DNA of 64,000 nt from an uncultured Acidobacteriota bacterium (GCA_963839475.1 CAWIVH010000001.1:844627-908626), one strand, 5' to 3'. Shown: positions 19,726 through 29,407, counted from the first letter of the stretch. Program-made: numbers and translations. The notes: generated by a model from the letters alone, not told the origin.

Positions 19726-20987
19726 GCGTTCTCCAGTCTGTTGATCACCACCTGCCCTTTTTTGATGGTGACAACGCAATGATTGATCCCGAAGAAATAG
19801 GGGAGCTCGCGATAATCCCCGACATCCATCAAGACGATATCGGCCTGTTTCCCGGCTTCGATGCTGCCCAGGCGGTCGGCCGCACGGAGAGAATGGGCTG
19901 CGTTCAGGGTTGCCGCGGTGATCGCTTCAGCCGGAGTCATCCGCATCTGGCTGCAGGCTATCGCAAGGACGAGCTGCATATTGAGGCAAAAGCACGATCC
20001 GGGGTTGAAGTCGGTGGCCAGGGCAACGGGAACACCGGCGCTAATCAGTTTTCGGGCAGGCGGATATCGGGTGAGCCCCAGGTTGAAAGCCGTCCCCGGC
20101 AAGAGCGTTGCCACGGTGCCGGATTTCTTCAGGAGTTCGATGCCTTCGTCGTCCAGCCACTCCAGATGGTCCGCGCTGCACGCGCCGAGTTCCGCCGCCA
20201 ATCGAGCTCCACCGCTCGGGGCCAGCTCTTCGGCATGAATCCTGAGCCCCAATCCATGTTTCCGGGCAGCCAGAAGAATGTCTCTCGCCTCCTCAACCGT
20301 GAAGTATCCTTCATCGCAGAAAACGTCGCAGAATTGGGCCAACCCTTCCGCTGCCACTTGCGGAATGAGCTTTTCCACCAGGATGCGGACATACTCCTCA
20401 CGCCGGTCCCGGAATTCATCGGGAATATCGTGGGCGCCCAAGAAGGTTGGGAACACCTCCAGGCGACTGCGACTGCGAACCTGGGAGAGAGCTTTCAGAC
20501 TTTTCAATTCGTCTTCCACGCTCAATCCATAGCCGCTTTTGGCCTCGATGGTCGTGGTTCCGTGGGCAAGGAACTGGTAGAAAAATCGCTCCGCCCCTTC
20601 CACAAGCTGGCTCTGGGCCGCGGCGCGAAGCTGCCGGACGCTGGCGCGGATGCCGCCTCCCGCTGCGGCGATCTCCTGGTAGGTACGCCCGTGGGCCCGC
20701 ATGTCGTACTCGCTCGCCCGGGTGCCCGCGAAGATCGGGTGAGTGTGACAGTCCACAAATCCGGGAAGGGCCGTCAAATTCAGACCAAGGCAGTCTATGG
20801 TTTCGCAGTCGGTGTTCAGATCCCGGTGGGAAAGCTCGCGGGTCGGACCAACCCAATCAATGTGCTCGGCGCGGACGGCAATGGCGCCGTTTTCGATGAT
20901 TTCCAGATCGGCCATTTCTTGGCCGCAGCGCGGCGCGGGTTTGCCCCGGAGGGTCACAACCTGGGCAATATTCTTCAGAACCAGCAT
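19722..20987 (-). CDS. hutI: Imidazolonepropionase
   Basis: It is an amidohydrolase with GFVDCHTHPIFAG...RIHAEELAPSGGARLAAELGACSADHL, which is the typical HutI metal-binding pattern. Confidence 0.85.
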   Translation of the reverse strand: MLVLKNIAQVVTLRGKPAPRCGQEMADLEIIENGAIAVRAEHIDWVGPTRELSHRDLNTDCETIDCLGLNLTALPGFVDCHTHPIFAGTRASEYDMRAHGRTYQEIAAAGGGIRASVRQLRAAAQSQLVEGAERFFYQFLAHGTTTIEAKSGYGLSVEDELKSLKALSQVRSRSRLEVFPTFLGAHDIPDEFRDRREEYVRILVEKLIPQVAAEGLAQFCDVFCDEGYFTVEEARDILLAARKHGLGLRIHAEELAPSGGARLAAELGACSADHLEWLDDEGIELLKKSGTVATLLPGTAFNLGLTRYPPARKLISAGVPVALATDFNPGSCFCLNMQLVLAIACSQMRMTPAEAITAATLNAAHSLRAADRLGSIEAGKQADIVLMDVGDYRELPYFFGINHCVVTIKKGQVVINRLENA

Positions 20988-21000
20988 GCAGCTCCTTGTC

Positions 21001-22149
21001 CTATTCCAACCTTCTCAGGGCGAGAATCGTGACGTCGTCAGTCACCTCGCCGCTGACAGTATAATCGGCAATCCTCTGGTAAAGGCTGCGAACAAATTGC
21101 GCCGTACTTTCATGGCAATGATGCCGGATCGCCTCGGCAAACCGGCGCTGGTCGAATATCTCGTCATCAGGTCCGACGGCATCGGTTGAACCATCGCTGG
21201 CCAGGATCAAGGTGTCGCCTTTCTCCATCTGGATGGCAACCTGATCATAGCAGGACTCCTCGAGCAGACCGAGGGGAACGCCGGATACTGAAATTTGGCT
21301 GACTTCGCCGCCGCGGATCAAAGTCGGATAGGGCATGCCGCCGTTGGAGTACCACCCCGCCCCGGTTTCAAGATGGATGCGGAGATAAGCCACGGCAATA
21401 TAATTCTGAACCTGGTATCGGCCGAGCAGGTTCCGGTTCAACAGTCCGAGAGTTTCGGCCGGCGACATCGAATTTCCGAACAGGGAGCGGATCTGGCCGC
21501 TGAAAACGGCGCCGTAAAGAGCCGCGGGTATAGATTTTCCTGATACATCTCCTATGATCACCGACAATTCGCGGGTCGCCGGATCGTAGTCAAAATCATA
21601 AAGGTCGCCGCCCACTTCGCGCGCCGGGTGATAGGCAACGGCCAGCTCGAAGCCGTCCAGGTTCGGGCATGTGGGAGGCAGGATGTATCGCTGGATGTCC
21701 CGGGCGATCTCCAGTTCACGCGCCAATCTCTCCCGCCGGATCAACTCCTTCCGGAAACGGGCGTTTTCCAGCGTCAGGCGGCGGCTTTCCAGGCCGCGCT
21801 CCACCGTCATCAGGAGATCCGGCGGATCCCAGGGCTTAACGATATACCGGAACACCTTGCAGCTGTTGATCGCCTCCACCAGGACGTCCACATCCGTATA
21901 TCCGGTCAGAATGACACGGATGGCATCCGGCATCACGTCGATCGTGTGCCTCAGGAATTCTATGCCCGTCATATCCGGCATCCGCTGGTCGGCAATGATG
22001 CATGCAATATCCTCGTTCGCTTTCACCAGCTGGAGCGCCTCATGACCGCTGCTGGCCGCGAGGACCGGATAGCGGTTCACGAAGGTGCGGCGAAGCTTCT
22101 GCAGGTTGGCGATCTCGTCGTCAACAACGAGGATTTTGTCTGCTTCCAT
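21001..22149 (-). CDS. Response regulator with PP2C-type Ser/Thr phosphatase output (RsbU-like)
   Basis: The REC domain is ILVVDDEIANL...IIADQRMPDMTGIEFL. The C-terminal PPM/SpoIIE-like domain includes GDVSGKSIPAAL...ILASDGSTDAVGPDDEIF. Confidence 0.8.
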   Translation of the reverse strand: MEADKILVVDDEIANLQKLRRTFVNRYPVLAASSGHEALQLVKANEDIACIIADQRMPDMTGIEFLRHTIDVMPDAIRVILTGYTDVDVLVEAINSCKVFRYIVKPWDPPDLLMTVERGLESRRLTLENARFRKELIRRERLARELEIARDIQRYILPPTCPNLDGFELAVAYHPAREVGGDLYDFDYDPATRELSVIIGDVSGKSIPAALYGAVFSGQIRSLFGNSMSPAETLGLLNRNLLGRYQVQNYIAVAYLRIHLETGAGWYSNGGMPYPTLIRGGEVSQISVSGVPLGLLEESCYDQVAIQMEKGDTLILASDGSTDAVGPDDEIFDQRRFAEAIRHHCHESTAQFVRSLYQRIADYTVSGEVTDDVTILALRRLE

Positions 22150-22210
22150 ATCGGTCCCGGCCTATTGGGCAGTGTTCCCGTTACTTTAATCCGCTCGGCC
22201 CGCCCACGCC

Positions 22211-23440
22211 TCAGAAAAGAGCCAGGGCGGCGTAGGTGACTGCGGCTCCGGACTCGAAATCGGTCCACTGCCGGTATTGCAAAAGTTCACCCCGGCATGT
22301 CCGCAAGGTGCGCATAGCCATATAAATCGGGGGGAATCCGCAGATGCGGCGGCTGTCGCCGTCGGCGGCAATGACTCGGAAGAGACCTTCCGCATCCCCG
22401 CCCGTAATCAAGTTCAGGAACTCCAGGTCTTCGCGTTCGACCCTCTTCATCGAAACTTCCGATGGACCCGATGCATCCCCGAACCGGCGGCCTACATGGG
22501 CAAGATCCGCACCGGCCAGGACGAACGTTTTCCCGCCGCTTTCCCCGATCGAATCGTGGACAGCCCGGATGAAAGCCTCGATTTCTTCGTTCTCCGCCCC
22601 GGTCTTCCCATTCTCACAGATGTCGTGGAATGAACCCACGAGGATGGGAACGATTTTGAAGTCCTGCGGCTCTGCAAGCACATATTTCAGCATGACCGCC
22701 TGGAACTCGAGCGAATGCTCGCCGCGATGCGAGATTTCGTCGAGGAAATAGTCTCCCGGAAGTTTCGCGGCCAGCCGATCCACAAATTCGGCATCGACTG
22801 CGGCAACGCCCAAAGGTGTTTCGAAATCTTTCCGGGTCAGCGCAAACCGCTGCCGCATGGGGGTATGGCAGGTTCCGAACAGGATAAAGCGGTCCGCGCC
22901 GGCCGCCTGGCCGAGGGTCTTGTAGGCCTGGGCATAGGTAGGCCCGCCGCGGCGAAAGTCGATGTGGGGAGCGATCAGCCCCCTGAGGTCTTTCCGCCCG
23001 TCATTGCCCGGGGCTGAACCCGGGCCGTCAGGATGATCGAAAAAACCGTTGATCTGGCTGCGCAGCTCATCGGGGTCCAGTGCATAGGCTGATCCTGCGT
23101 GGTGAGCCGGGCGGACTGCCGAGGAGAGAAACTCCGCATCCTGCTTTTGCCGCAGGCTGCGGTACCTTTCACTATCCAGAAAACCCATTTCGTCGAGCTG
23201 TTCAACCAGGCCTTCAAGCTGCTCCGAGGGAATGATCTCCCCGGAGGCTCGGAAAAAGTCGGCCTGGATGTCACGCAGGGTATTCGCCCCATCCATGCGT
23301 GAGACCAGGAATACGCCGGTCTGATTGAGAAAAACGGGCTGGCCGGCAAATCCCTCCGGGTCGCGAAGACAAATCAGCTGCTCGCCTTCGCCCTGGACCG
23401 GAAAGGCCTCCACAGCACGCAGTTTGGGGCAATCTGTCAT
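22211..23440 (-). CDS. MEMO1-family protein with N-terminal PqqD-like (RRE-type) domain
   Basis: From about aa 110 it aligns with MEMO1 landmarks (PAHHAGSAYA; IAPHIDFRRGGPTYAQAYK; DEISHRGEHSLEF; CGFPPIYMAM; AAVTYAALAL). The N-terminal ~100 aa (ICLRDPEG..FLNQTGVFLVSRMDGANTLRDIQADF..IIPSEQLEGLVEQLDEMGFL) fit the PqqD winged-helix pattern. Its ATG overlaps the upstream stop (ATGA). Confidence 0.7.
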   Translation of the reverse strand: MTDCPKLRAVEAFPVQGEGEQLICLRDPEGFAGQPVFLNQTGVFLVSRMDGANTLRDIQADFFRASGEIIPSEQLEGLVEQLDEMGFLDSERYRSLRQKQDAEFLSSAVRPAHHAGSAYALDPDELRSQINGFFDHPDGPGSAPGNDGRKDLRGLIAPHIDFRRGGPTYAQAYKTLGQAAGADRFILFGTCHTPMRQRFALTRKDFETPLGVAAVDAEFVDRLAAKLPGDYFLDEISHRGEHSLEFQAVMLKYVLAEPQDFKIVPILVGSFHDICENGKTGAENEEIEAFIRAVHDSIGESGGKTFVLAGADLAHVGRRFGDASGPSEVSMKRVEREDLEFLNLITGGDAEGLFRVIAADGDSRRICGFPPIYMAMRTLRTCRGELLQYRQWTDFESGAAVTYAALALF

Positions 23441-24405
23441 GGGTTTGAAGATCCGCCCCGAAGCTCGCGGGCGATTTCCTTGGCGATTTCACGCGTCCGC
23501 GGAAGATCCTGTGGCTGAAAGGAAATGGCTCCTACCACCGGGTGCCCTCCGCCGCCGTATCTTTCGCAGACAGCAGCCAGGTTGATCGTGCGGGGAATCA
23601 CGCTCCAGGGATTCGAACCCACCGAGATCTTGGACCGGAAACTCGAGCGGCTTACGCCGACGCAGTAATTGGCTTGGGGAAAAAGATAGTAAGGCACGAA
23701 CTTGTTGTAGCCCTCCATCTCGTAGTCGCTGATATCGAAATAAACGGTCCCGTCGGCGTAATGGGAGTGTTTGCGGATAATCTCGATGGAATTAAGATGC
23801 CTCTCATACAGGGGAAGGAAAACCTTCTGCACCCAATCCTCTGCCATGATTTCCGCGAGGCTTTTTTCCTGGAATTCCTTGATGAAACGGCGGCTCAGCG
23901 CCCGATCTCGAATCCCTTCGATTGCCATCATGAGCTGCATGGCCGGTTCGCGCACTTCCACCGCCGATTTTGCGTCGTCGAACAAAGCCCCATCGATCAC
24001 ATCAGCCCAGTGGAACAGCTCGCTCAATCGGCTGGGATCGTAATTGAAATGCTTCCGCACCATCGCGACAATGAAATTGGTGCAGGACCGGAAGGTGGGA
24101 TCGTGGAACTTTTTGCCGCTGCTGTCGGCGCGGAAGTGGGCTTCATCTTCCCGGCTCAAAAATGCGCTCTGGTGATGGTCAAACCACCAGGTGAGCCGCG
24201 AATCGCTGGAGTATTTGAAATCTACGATGGCATTCGCATCGCCGTCAAACTGAACATCCAGGAAAAGCTCCCCCGCGCGGTGAGCCAGACCTTCGTAGTC
24301 GAATTCGGCCGCGGCATCGATCGCGTTGCGATAAAAATCGGTGAAAGTCGCGGCGGACGCCAGCCCGTCGAAGCAATTGTCATGAAAATATACTTTCACC
24401 CTCAT
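23437..24405 (-). CDS. DHH/DHHA1-family phosphoesterase
   Basis: It has the N-terminal YFHDNCFDGLASA (DHH motif I/II-like), WFDHHQS (the DHH motif) and the C-terminal GGGH motif (RYGGGGHPVVGAI) typical of DHHA1. Confidence 0.65.
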   Translation of the reverse strand: MRVKVYFHDNCFDGLASAATFTDFYRNAIDAAAEFDYEGLAHRAGELFLDVQFDGDANAIVDFKYSSDSRLTWWFDHHQSAFLSREDEAHFRADSSGKKFHDPTFRSCTNFIVAMVRKHFNYDPSRLSELFHWADVIDGALFDDAKSAVEVREPAMQLMMAIEGIRDRALSRRFIKEFQEKSLAEIMAEDWVQKVFLPLYERHLNSIEIIRKHSHYADGTVYFDISDYEMEGYNKFVPYYLFPQANYCVGVSRSSFRSKISVGSNPWSVIPRTINLAAVCERYGGGGHPVVGAISFQPQDLPRTREIAKEIARELRGGSSNP

Positions 24406-24639
24406 AGCACGATTTCACGCCGGCCACAGATTGAGATTCAGGTTTTAGCCCAATAGGCAACAGCCATTCCGGATTTACCGCTGAGGCCGCAAAGAACAAA
24501 AAACACTATCACAAGGGCCCTGGACGCGCAAGTTGCACGCTTGCTTCGCAAAGATTGAAGGCGACGCCTGTGCGTTGTGCTATTCTCACGCGCGTTGCAG
24601 GGTTCATGAGGCGGTCTTAGTCCTTTGCGGTTCAGACAA

Positions 24640-26790
24640 ATGAAATCAGGATATAGGCTTCTCCTTATCTTCGGTGCCTTTGGACTCTACTTCTTCTTCT
24701 CGCTGGTCTACCTGGATCTTCCCGGCCTCTATTTCGATGAGGTGCTGTTTGTAAACGGAGCCTTCGGGAACCTCGATGGAAGTTTTGTTTCATGGTGGAT
24801 TCCCCTTTTTGGCCGGAAAATCCCGCTCATGCTGATGGAGTATATCGGCGCCTTGAAAGCCTGGATATACGCCCCACTTTATGCCTGGCTCGGCACTACA
24901 GCAGCCGTCACGCGCATACCCGTGATCCTCGTTGGATCAGCTACCCTTGCCCTGGTTTATTCGCTGGTCCGGAAAGTTTTTTCACCGGGCGCCGCGACCT
25001 GGTGCCTGCTTCTGATCGCCACCGATCCCACTTTCATATTCGCCAACAAGCTGGACTGGGGACCAGCATCGTTGATGCTGTTCCTCCAGTCCGCTTCGCT
25101 TTACCTGGTCTTCCGCTGGCTGACAGGTTCGGGCGAGCGCTTCCTCTTTGGCGCTGCCTTCCTTGCGGGCCTCGGTCTTTTCAACAAGCTGATTTTTGTC
25201 TGGTACCTCGGATCGCTCCTGATTGCCTTCCCGGTTTGCTTCGGTCCCGAAATCAGGAGACGGCTGAAGCTCAAAACGCTCGGAACCGCGATTGGAGCTT
25301 TCCTCATCGGCTGCCTGCCCCTGTTGGCATTCAACGTGGTTCAGCCGCTTGCGACATTCTCCCACCGGTCGACGATCACCAAAGATCTGCGCGAGGCGCT
25401 GCGGCAGCGCTTGGACCTCTTTAGAACCACCCTGGATGGAAGCGCCATCTATAGCATGGTCAACCAGGCGAGCATTGCGGACCCGGAGGATCCTTCGGCC
25501 ACTGCCCGCGCCAAGAGCGCCGGCGTGATTGGGCAAGGGCTGGCTTCGCTCCCGGCCAAACCCGGACTTATGCCCTACGCCTTCCTTGCAGCTCTTCTTG
25601 TGATTCCCTTGCTTTATTGGAGAAAGGCCTTCCACCATTCGCGGGCGGTGGGCTTTTTTGCGTTGCAGTTGCTGTTGATGGCATTACTAATCGTCTTGAG
25701 TAATGAGGCGGGCGGGCCGCACCATGCCATCGCGGTTTATCCGCTTCCTCACATCCTGACTGGCTACGCAATATCCGCTCTGCCTGCGGCATTCGGCCGC
25801 GGTCGCAGCTTTGGGATTAAAATGAGCGCGACCCTGGCGACTCTGTGCGGACTCGCCGTGGTGATATCCCATTTATCATTGGATTCCAGGTATGTGAGCT
25901 CTTTCGCTGCCCGCGGGGGTGTGGGCAACTGGTCCGATGCCATATACGACCTCGCGGCATTTGCGAAGCAGCATCCGGACAAATCCTTCGTCCTGATGGA
26001 CTGGGGTTTCAACAGTCAGCTGCTGCTGCTGTCGGGCGGGCAGATCAAGAAGGACGAAGCCTTCGTTCGCTTCCGCGATCTCCCGCTTGACCGGAAGCTG
26101 GAATTTCTAAAGGCCGAAGCTGTTCCCTCCGATTCCTATTTCGTTTTCCATACTCCCCCGTTCGAGACGAGCCCTTCCTTCTCAATGTTTAAAAATGCAA
26201 TTAAGAAGGCGGGATGGAAGGAATCCAGGATCCGGACTTTTTTCCAGCGTGACAGCAGGCCGGTTTACGCCATCCTGCAGGTCGTGCGCGCTCCTGAACA
26301 GGACAGCACCGAAACTCCCATCCATGAATACCGCGAGGCTGAAGAATGCGATTCGAGATCGGGTGGAGGGATCGACCCGAAGGGCGGAGCCACCCGCGGC
26401 ACGGCTCTGGGCAATTTCTGGGGACGCTGGCCATCCGATTTTGCCGCCTATCGATTCGCAGCGGCGGCGAATCCTGGCAATGCGTGGCTGCATATCCGTT
26501 ATGCTTTGGGAGGCAACGATGCCAAGCAGTTGTTCGTGCTGCTGGATGGCGAGGTCCTGGATGTTGTCACGCTGCCGCCGACCGGCGGATACGGTTACTC
26601 CGGCGATCAGTGGAGCTATGTTTCCTGCGACCTGGGCAGCTTCGGCGAAGGCGAGCATGAAATCAGGCTGTCCCCGGCCTTCGAGGATCAGGTTGTGAAC
26701 CTGGATTGCATCCTCATCTCTTCCCTGAAAAATCCCCCGCGCGATGAGAAGTGGAATCGCCAGCCCGTGTCTCAGATTCCGGAGCACTGA
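24640..26790 (+). CDS. GT-C-fold membrane glycosyltransferase (PMT/ArnT-like, GT39/83-type) with C-terminal beta-sandwich domain
   Basis: About 11 predicted TM helices are present, with the first-loop acidic motif LYFDEVLF. The periplasmic C-terminal ~300 aa are non-membrane. The ATG at 24640 is preferred over the TTG at 24625. Confidence 0.65.
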   Translation: MKSGYRLLLIFGAFGLYFFFSLVYLDLPGLYFDEVLFVNGAFGNLDGSFVSWWIPLFGRKIPLMLMEYIGALKAWIYAPLYAWLGTTAAVTRIPVILVGSATLALVYSLVRKVFSPGAATWCLLLIATDPTFIFANKLDWGPASLMLFLQSASLYLVFRWLTGSGERFLFGAAFLAGLGLFNKLIFVWYLGSLLIAFPVCFGPEIRRRLKLKTLGTAIGAFLIGCLPLLAFNVVQPLATFSHRSTITKDLREALRQRLDLFRTTLDGSAIYSMVNQASIADPEDPSATARAKSAGVIGQGLASLPAKPGLMPYAFLAALLVIPLLYWRKAFHHSRAVGFFALQLLLMALLIVLSNEAGGPHHAIAVYPLPHILTGYAISALPAAFGRGRSFGIKMSATLATLCGLAVVISHLSLDSRYVSSFAARGGVGNWSDAIYDLAAFAKQHPDKSFVLMDWGFNSQLLLLSGGQIKKDEAFVRFRDLPLDRKLEFLKAEAVPSDSYFVFHTPPFETSPSFSMFKNAIKKAGWKESRIRTFFQRDSRPVYAILQVVRAPEQDSTETPIHEYREAEECDSRSGGGIDPKGGATRGTALGNFWGRWPSDFAAYRFAAAANPGNAWLHIRYALGGNDAKQLFVLLDGEVLDVVTLPPTGGYGYSGDQWSYVSCDLGSFGEGEHEIRLSPAFEDQVVNLDCILISSLKNPPRDEKWNRQPVSQIPEH

Positions 26791-26870
26791 CCCGTCTTAC
26801 TTCTCCATTGCAAGGGTGCCTTTGGTAATCGACAGGGTCCGGGCTGAATTGTATTGCTGCAAGGTGGTTG

Positions 26871-27953
26871 TCAGCGCCCTCCTCCGGCGCGTATTTCTCG
26901 GAAAAGTTCCCTGAAGGTTAGAACTGCTTCGATGGCTGTCGTATTCGACGCTTTGTCGCCAAAATAGGCTTTCACGAACGGGCCCATTCCCGTCCAGGAT
27001 GTATGAAGAACACCCAGGACCCGCCCTCCGATTTCAGGCGAGGATGACTTGCGGGCCTGCCGGATCAGTTCGAGCTGACCCAGAGCAGCGGCCGGCCGGC
27101 GCCATGCGCTCGATACGACCGGGAATCCCTCGACGGCAAAATGCAGCGCGGTTGGCGGTGCGGCCTCGTAATGCCAGTCGCAGATCACGATATCTTTGGG
27201 AATCATGCGAATCGCCGGCTCGGTTCCGTTCGTCGCAGCCTCCCATTTTCCCAGCCCTGTAATCGCTCCATCCAGCAGGCGGTCCCCCCATATCCACAGG
27301 GTCTTGCCGGTTTTCGCCAGGTGGTCCCGGACCAGCTTGATCTCACCCGCCAGCAGTTCTGCCCGGTTTTTCCCGCGACAACGCGGGCAGTCCTCTTCTC
27401 CCAACAGGAAAACCTCATCCAGACCGCCGTGGAACGCGTTGGATTGGCAGGCTTCGGTCAGCTCGTCGATTAGATCAAATATCACCTCGTGCACACCGGG
27501 ATGCAGGGGGCAATAGCTGCGACAATAGATGTCTTTGTTGCCGGGGTACTTCCCTGGCGTTTCGTCGAATTCGGGGTGCGAGCGGAGAAGGCCGAACGTG
27601 GTCGCCGCCCACGACTGGTGCCCCAGGAGGTTGATCCCTGGGATGAGGCGGACTCCCGCGGCCCGGCAGGCTTCGACAAGAGCATTCACATCCGCTTTGG
27701 AAAGGGATTCACTGTCAACGACCTCAGGATGCCGGGAATAGGCATAGCGATAGTTGAACTCGACGACAAGCAGGTTGACACCTTCGCGGGGAAGCGACTC
27801 GCGGATAAAACGCAAACAGTCCGCCATTTCGGCCGGCTTGGGAGCAGCCACATGAAGACCGCGAACGGGCAAAGGGGATACTTCGGAACCAAAACCCGCC
27901 ATGCCGGCGGCCAGGAACAGCGGGATGAGTAAGAAGCAAAACAGATATCGCAT
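26871..27953 (-). CDS. Secreted glycoside hydrolase family 20-like (beta-N-acetylhexosaminidase catalytic domain)
   Basis: Trimmed to MRYLFCFLLIPLFLAAG (a signal peptide with a GGGAGG SD). The catalytic motif HGGLDEV (H-x-G-G-D-E) sits inside a TIM-barrel-like region. Confidence 0.65.
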   Translation of the reverse strand: MRYLFCFLLIPLFLAAGMAGFGSEVSPLPVRGLHVAAPKPAEMADCLRFIRESLPREGVNLLVVEFNYRYAYSRHPEVVDSESLSKADVNALVEACRAAGVRLIPGINLLGHQSWAATTFGLLRSHPEFDETPGKYPGNKDIYCRSYCPLHPGVHEVIFDLIDELTEACQSNAFHGGLDEVFLLGEEDCPRCRGKNRAELLAGEIKLVRDHLAKTGKTLWIWGDRLLDGAITGLGKWEAATNGTEPAIRMIPKDIVICDWHYEAAPPTALHFAVEGFPVVSSAWRRPAAALGQLELIRQARKSSSPEIGGRVLGVLHTSWTGMGPFVKAYFGDKASNTTAIEAVLTFRELFREIRAGGGR

Positions 27954-28042
27954 GGGTGCCTCCCGGATCGGACTTTTCCGCCCCATAATGACATGGTCGG
28001 GAGGGGAAACGCCACGCGATTGAACGACCCGTCTCGAGGGCT

Positions 28043-29221
28043 TCACTCCGCCAGGATCAGCTTGGCAATGGTCTGCAGCTGCATATTCGAAGTGCCTTCG
28101 TAGATTTTCCCGATTTTGGCGTCGCGGAAATACTTCTCGGCAGGATATTCCCGCGTGTACCCGTAGCCGCCGAAAATTTCCAGACTTTGGCTGGCCACCT
28201 TCTCGGCCACTTCCGATGCGAAGTATTTCGCAATGGCCGCCTCTTTGACAAAGGAGCGTCCCGCCATCTTGAGCCGCGCGGCGTTGTAAACCAGGAGACG
28301 AGCCGCCTCCACTCCAACGGCCATTTCCGCCAGCTGGAATTGCAGCCCCTGGAACTCGGAAATCAGACGTCCGAATTGCTTCCGTTCCCTGGAATAGCGG
28401 ATGGCGCAATCCAGAGCCCCCTGAGCCACCCCGACCATCTGGGCTCCGATGCCGATCCGGCCCTCGTTCAGCGTCTCGATCGAGATCTTGTATCCTTTAC
28501 CAGGCTCGCCAAGAACCTGTTCGCGAGCCACGAATACATCCTCTAAAATCAATTCGCAGGTGGAACTTGCCCTGATCCCGAGTTTGTCCTCTTTTTTTCC
28601 GAGGGTGAATCCCTGCGTTTCGCTCTCCAGCAGAAAGGCGGTAATGCCCCGGTAGCCGGCTTCCGGGTTGATGGTCGCGAATATAATAAAAATGCCGGCC
28701 TCCGCTGCGTTGGTGATCCACAGCTTGCGGCCATTGAGGCGGAATCCCCCGTCACACTCGACCGCCCGTGTCGTCAGCCCGAAGGCGTCGCTTCCCGAAC
28801 CCGACTCGGACAGCGCGTAAGAGCCGATCGCATCGGCGCACAGCCGGGGCAGGTATTTCTGTTTTTGCTCGGCGGTACCCCATTTCAGGATCGCGTTGTT
28901 GACCAGCGTGTTCTGAACATCGACGACAACGGCGGCGGAAGCGTCCACACGCGCCAGTTCCTCAACCGCCTGGATGGCGTTGAAAAAGGTCCCACCGGCG
29001 CCGCCGTAGGATTCGGGAATCTCCAGCCCCAACAGGCCTAGGGAAAAAAAGTCGCGAATCACTGCCGGATCCATTTTCCCATCTCTGTCCATTTGAGCGG
29101 AAATGGGGCGAAGTTTCTCCTCAGCATAGTCTCGGATGCTGCTGCGAAACATTGCCTCTTCTTCACTCAAGACGGTCAATGGCGATACAGTCATAGCGGG
29201 AAAATCCTGCGCCGAGGTCAT
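28043..29221 (-). CDS. Acyl-CoA dehydrogenase (short/branched-chain type)
   Basis: ACAD domains are present (YALSESGSGSDAFGLTTRA...; C-terminal EIFGGYGYTREYPAEKYFRDAKIGKIYEGTSNMQ). An AAGGAGG SD lies upstream. Confidence 0.85.
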   Translation of the reverse strand: MTSAQDFPAMTVSPLTVLSEEEAMFRSSIRDYAEEKLRPISAQMDRDGKMDPAVIRDFFSLGLLGLEIPESYGGAGGTFFNAIQAVEELARVDASAAVVVDVQNTLVNNAILKWGTAEQKQKYLPRLCADAIGSYALSESGSGSDAFGLTTRAVECDGGFRLNGRKLWITNAAEAGIFIIFATINPEAGYRGITAFLLESETQGFTLGKKEDKLGIRASSTCELILEDVFVAREQVLGEPGKGYKISIETLNEGRIGIGAQMVGVAQGALDCAIRYSRERKQFGRLISEFQGLQFQLAEMAVGVEAARLLVYNAARLKMAGRSFVKEAAIAKYFASEVAEKVASQSLEIFGGYGYTREYPAEKYFRDAKIGKIYEGTSNMQLQTIAKLILAE

Positions 29222-29407
29222 GGGTGCCTCCTTGTTTGACTTCCTGAAAAGTCGATGGAAAGATGCATTTCCTTTATACCACGAAGATAGTGGATGGGCA
29301 CTCCGGCCGGCCGGGCTCGCCCTGTGTCAAATGCAATCTGGGATTAAAAAGGTTGGCGTCCCCATTTGTGACGAATATATTCTGTGGCAGCAGAAAGGAG
29401 CACTCCC

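Noticed and set aside
23601-23625. tRNA-like T-loop motif (reverse complement GGGTTCGAATCCC) suggesting a tRNA gene
   Set aside because: It lies inside the DHH phosphoesterase CDS and encodes ...VGSNPWSV... The flanking bases cannot form a T-stem (only 3 bp pair) or an acceptor stem, so it is a coincidental match.
26871-28409. 512-aa listed ORF (GH20 gene with a 152-aa N-terminal extension)
   Set aside because: The extension is low-complexity and Arg/Gly-rich and precedes an obvious signal peptide (MRYLFCFLLIPLFLAAG) with a GGGAGG SD. The true start is 27953.
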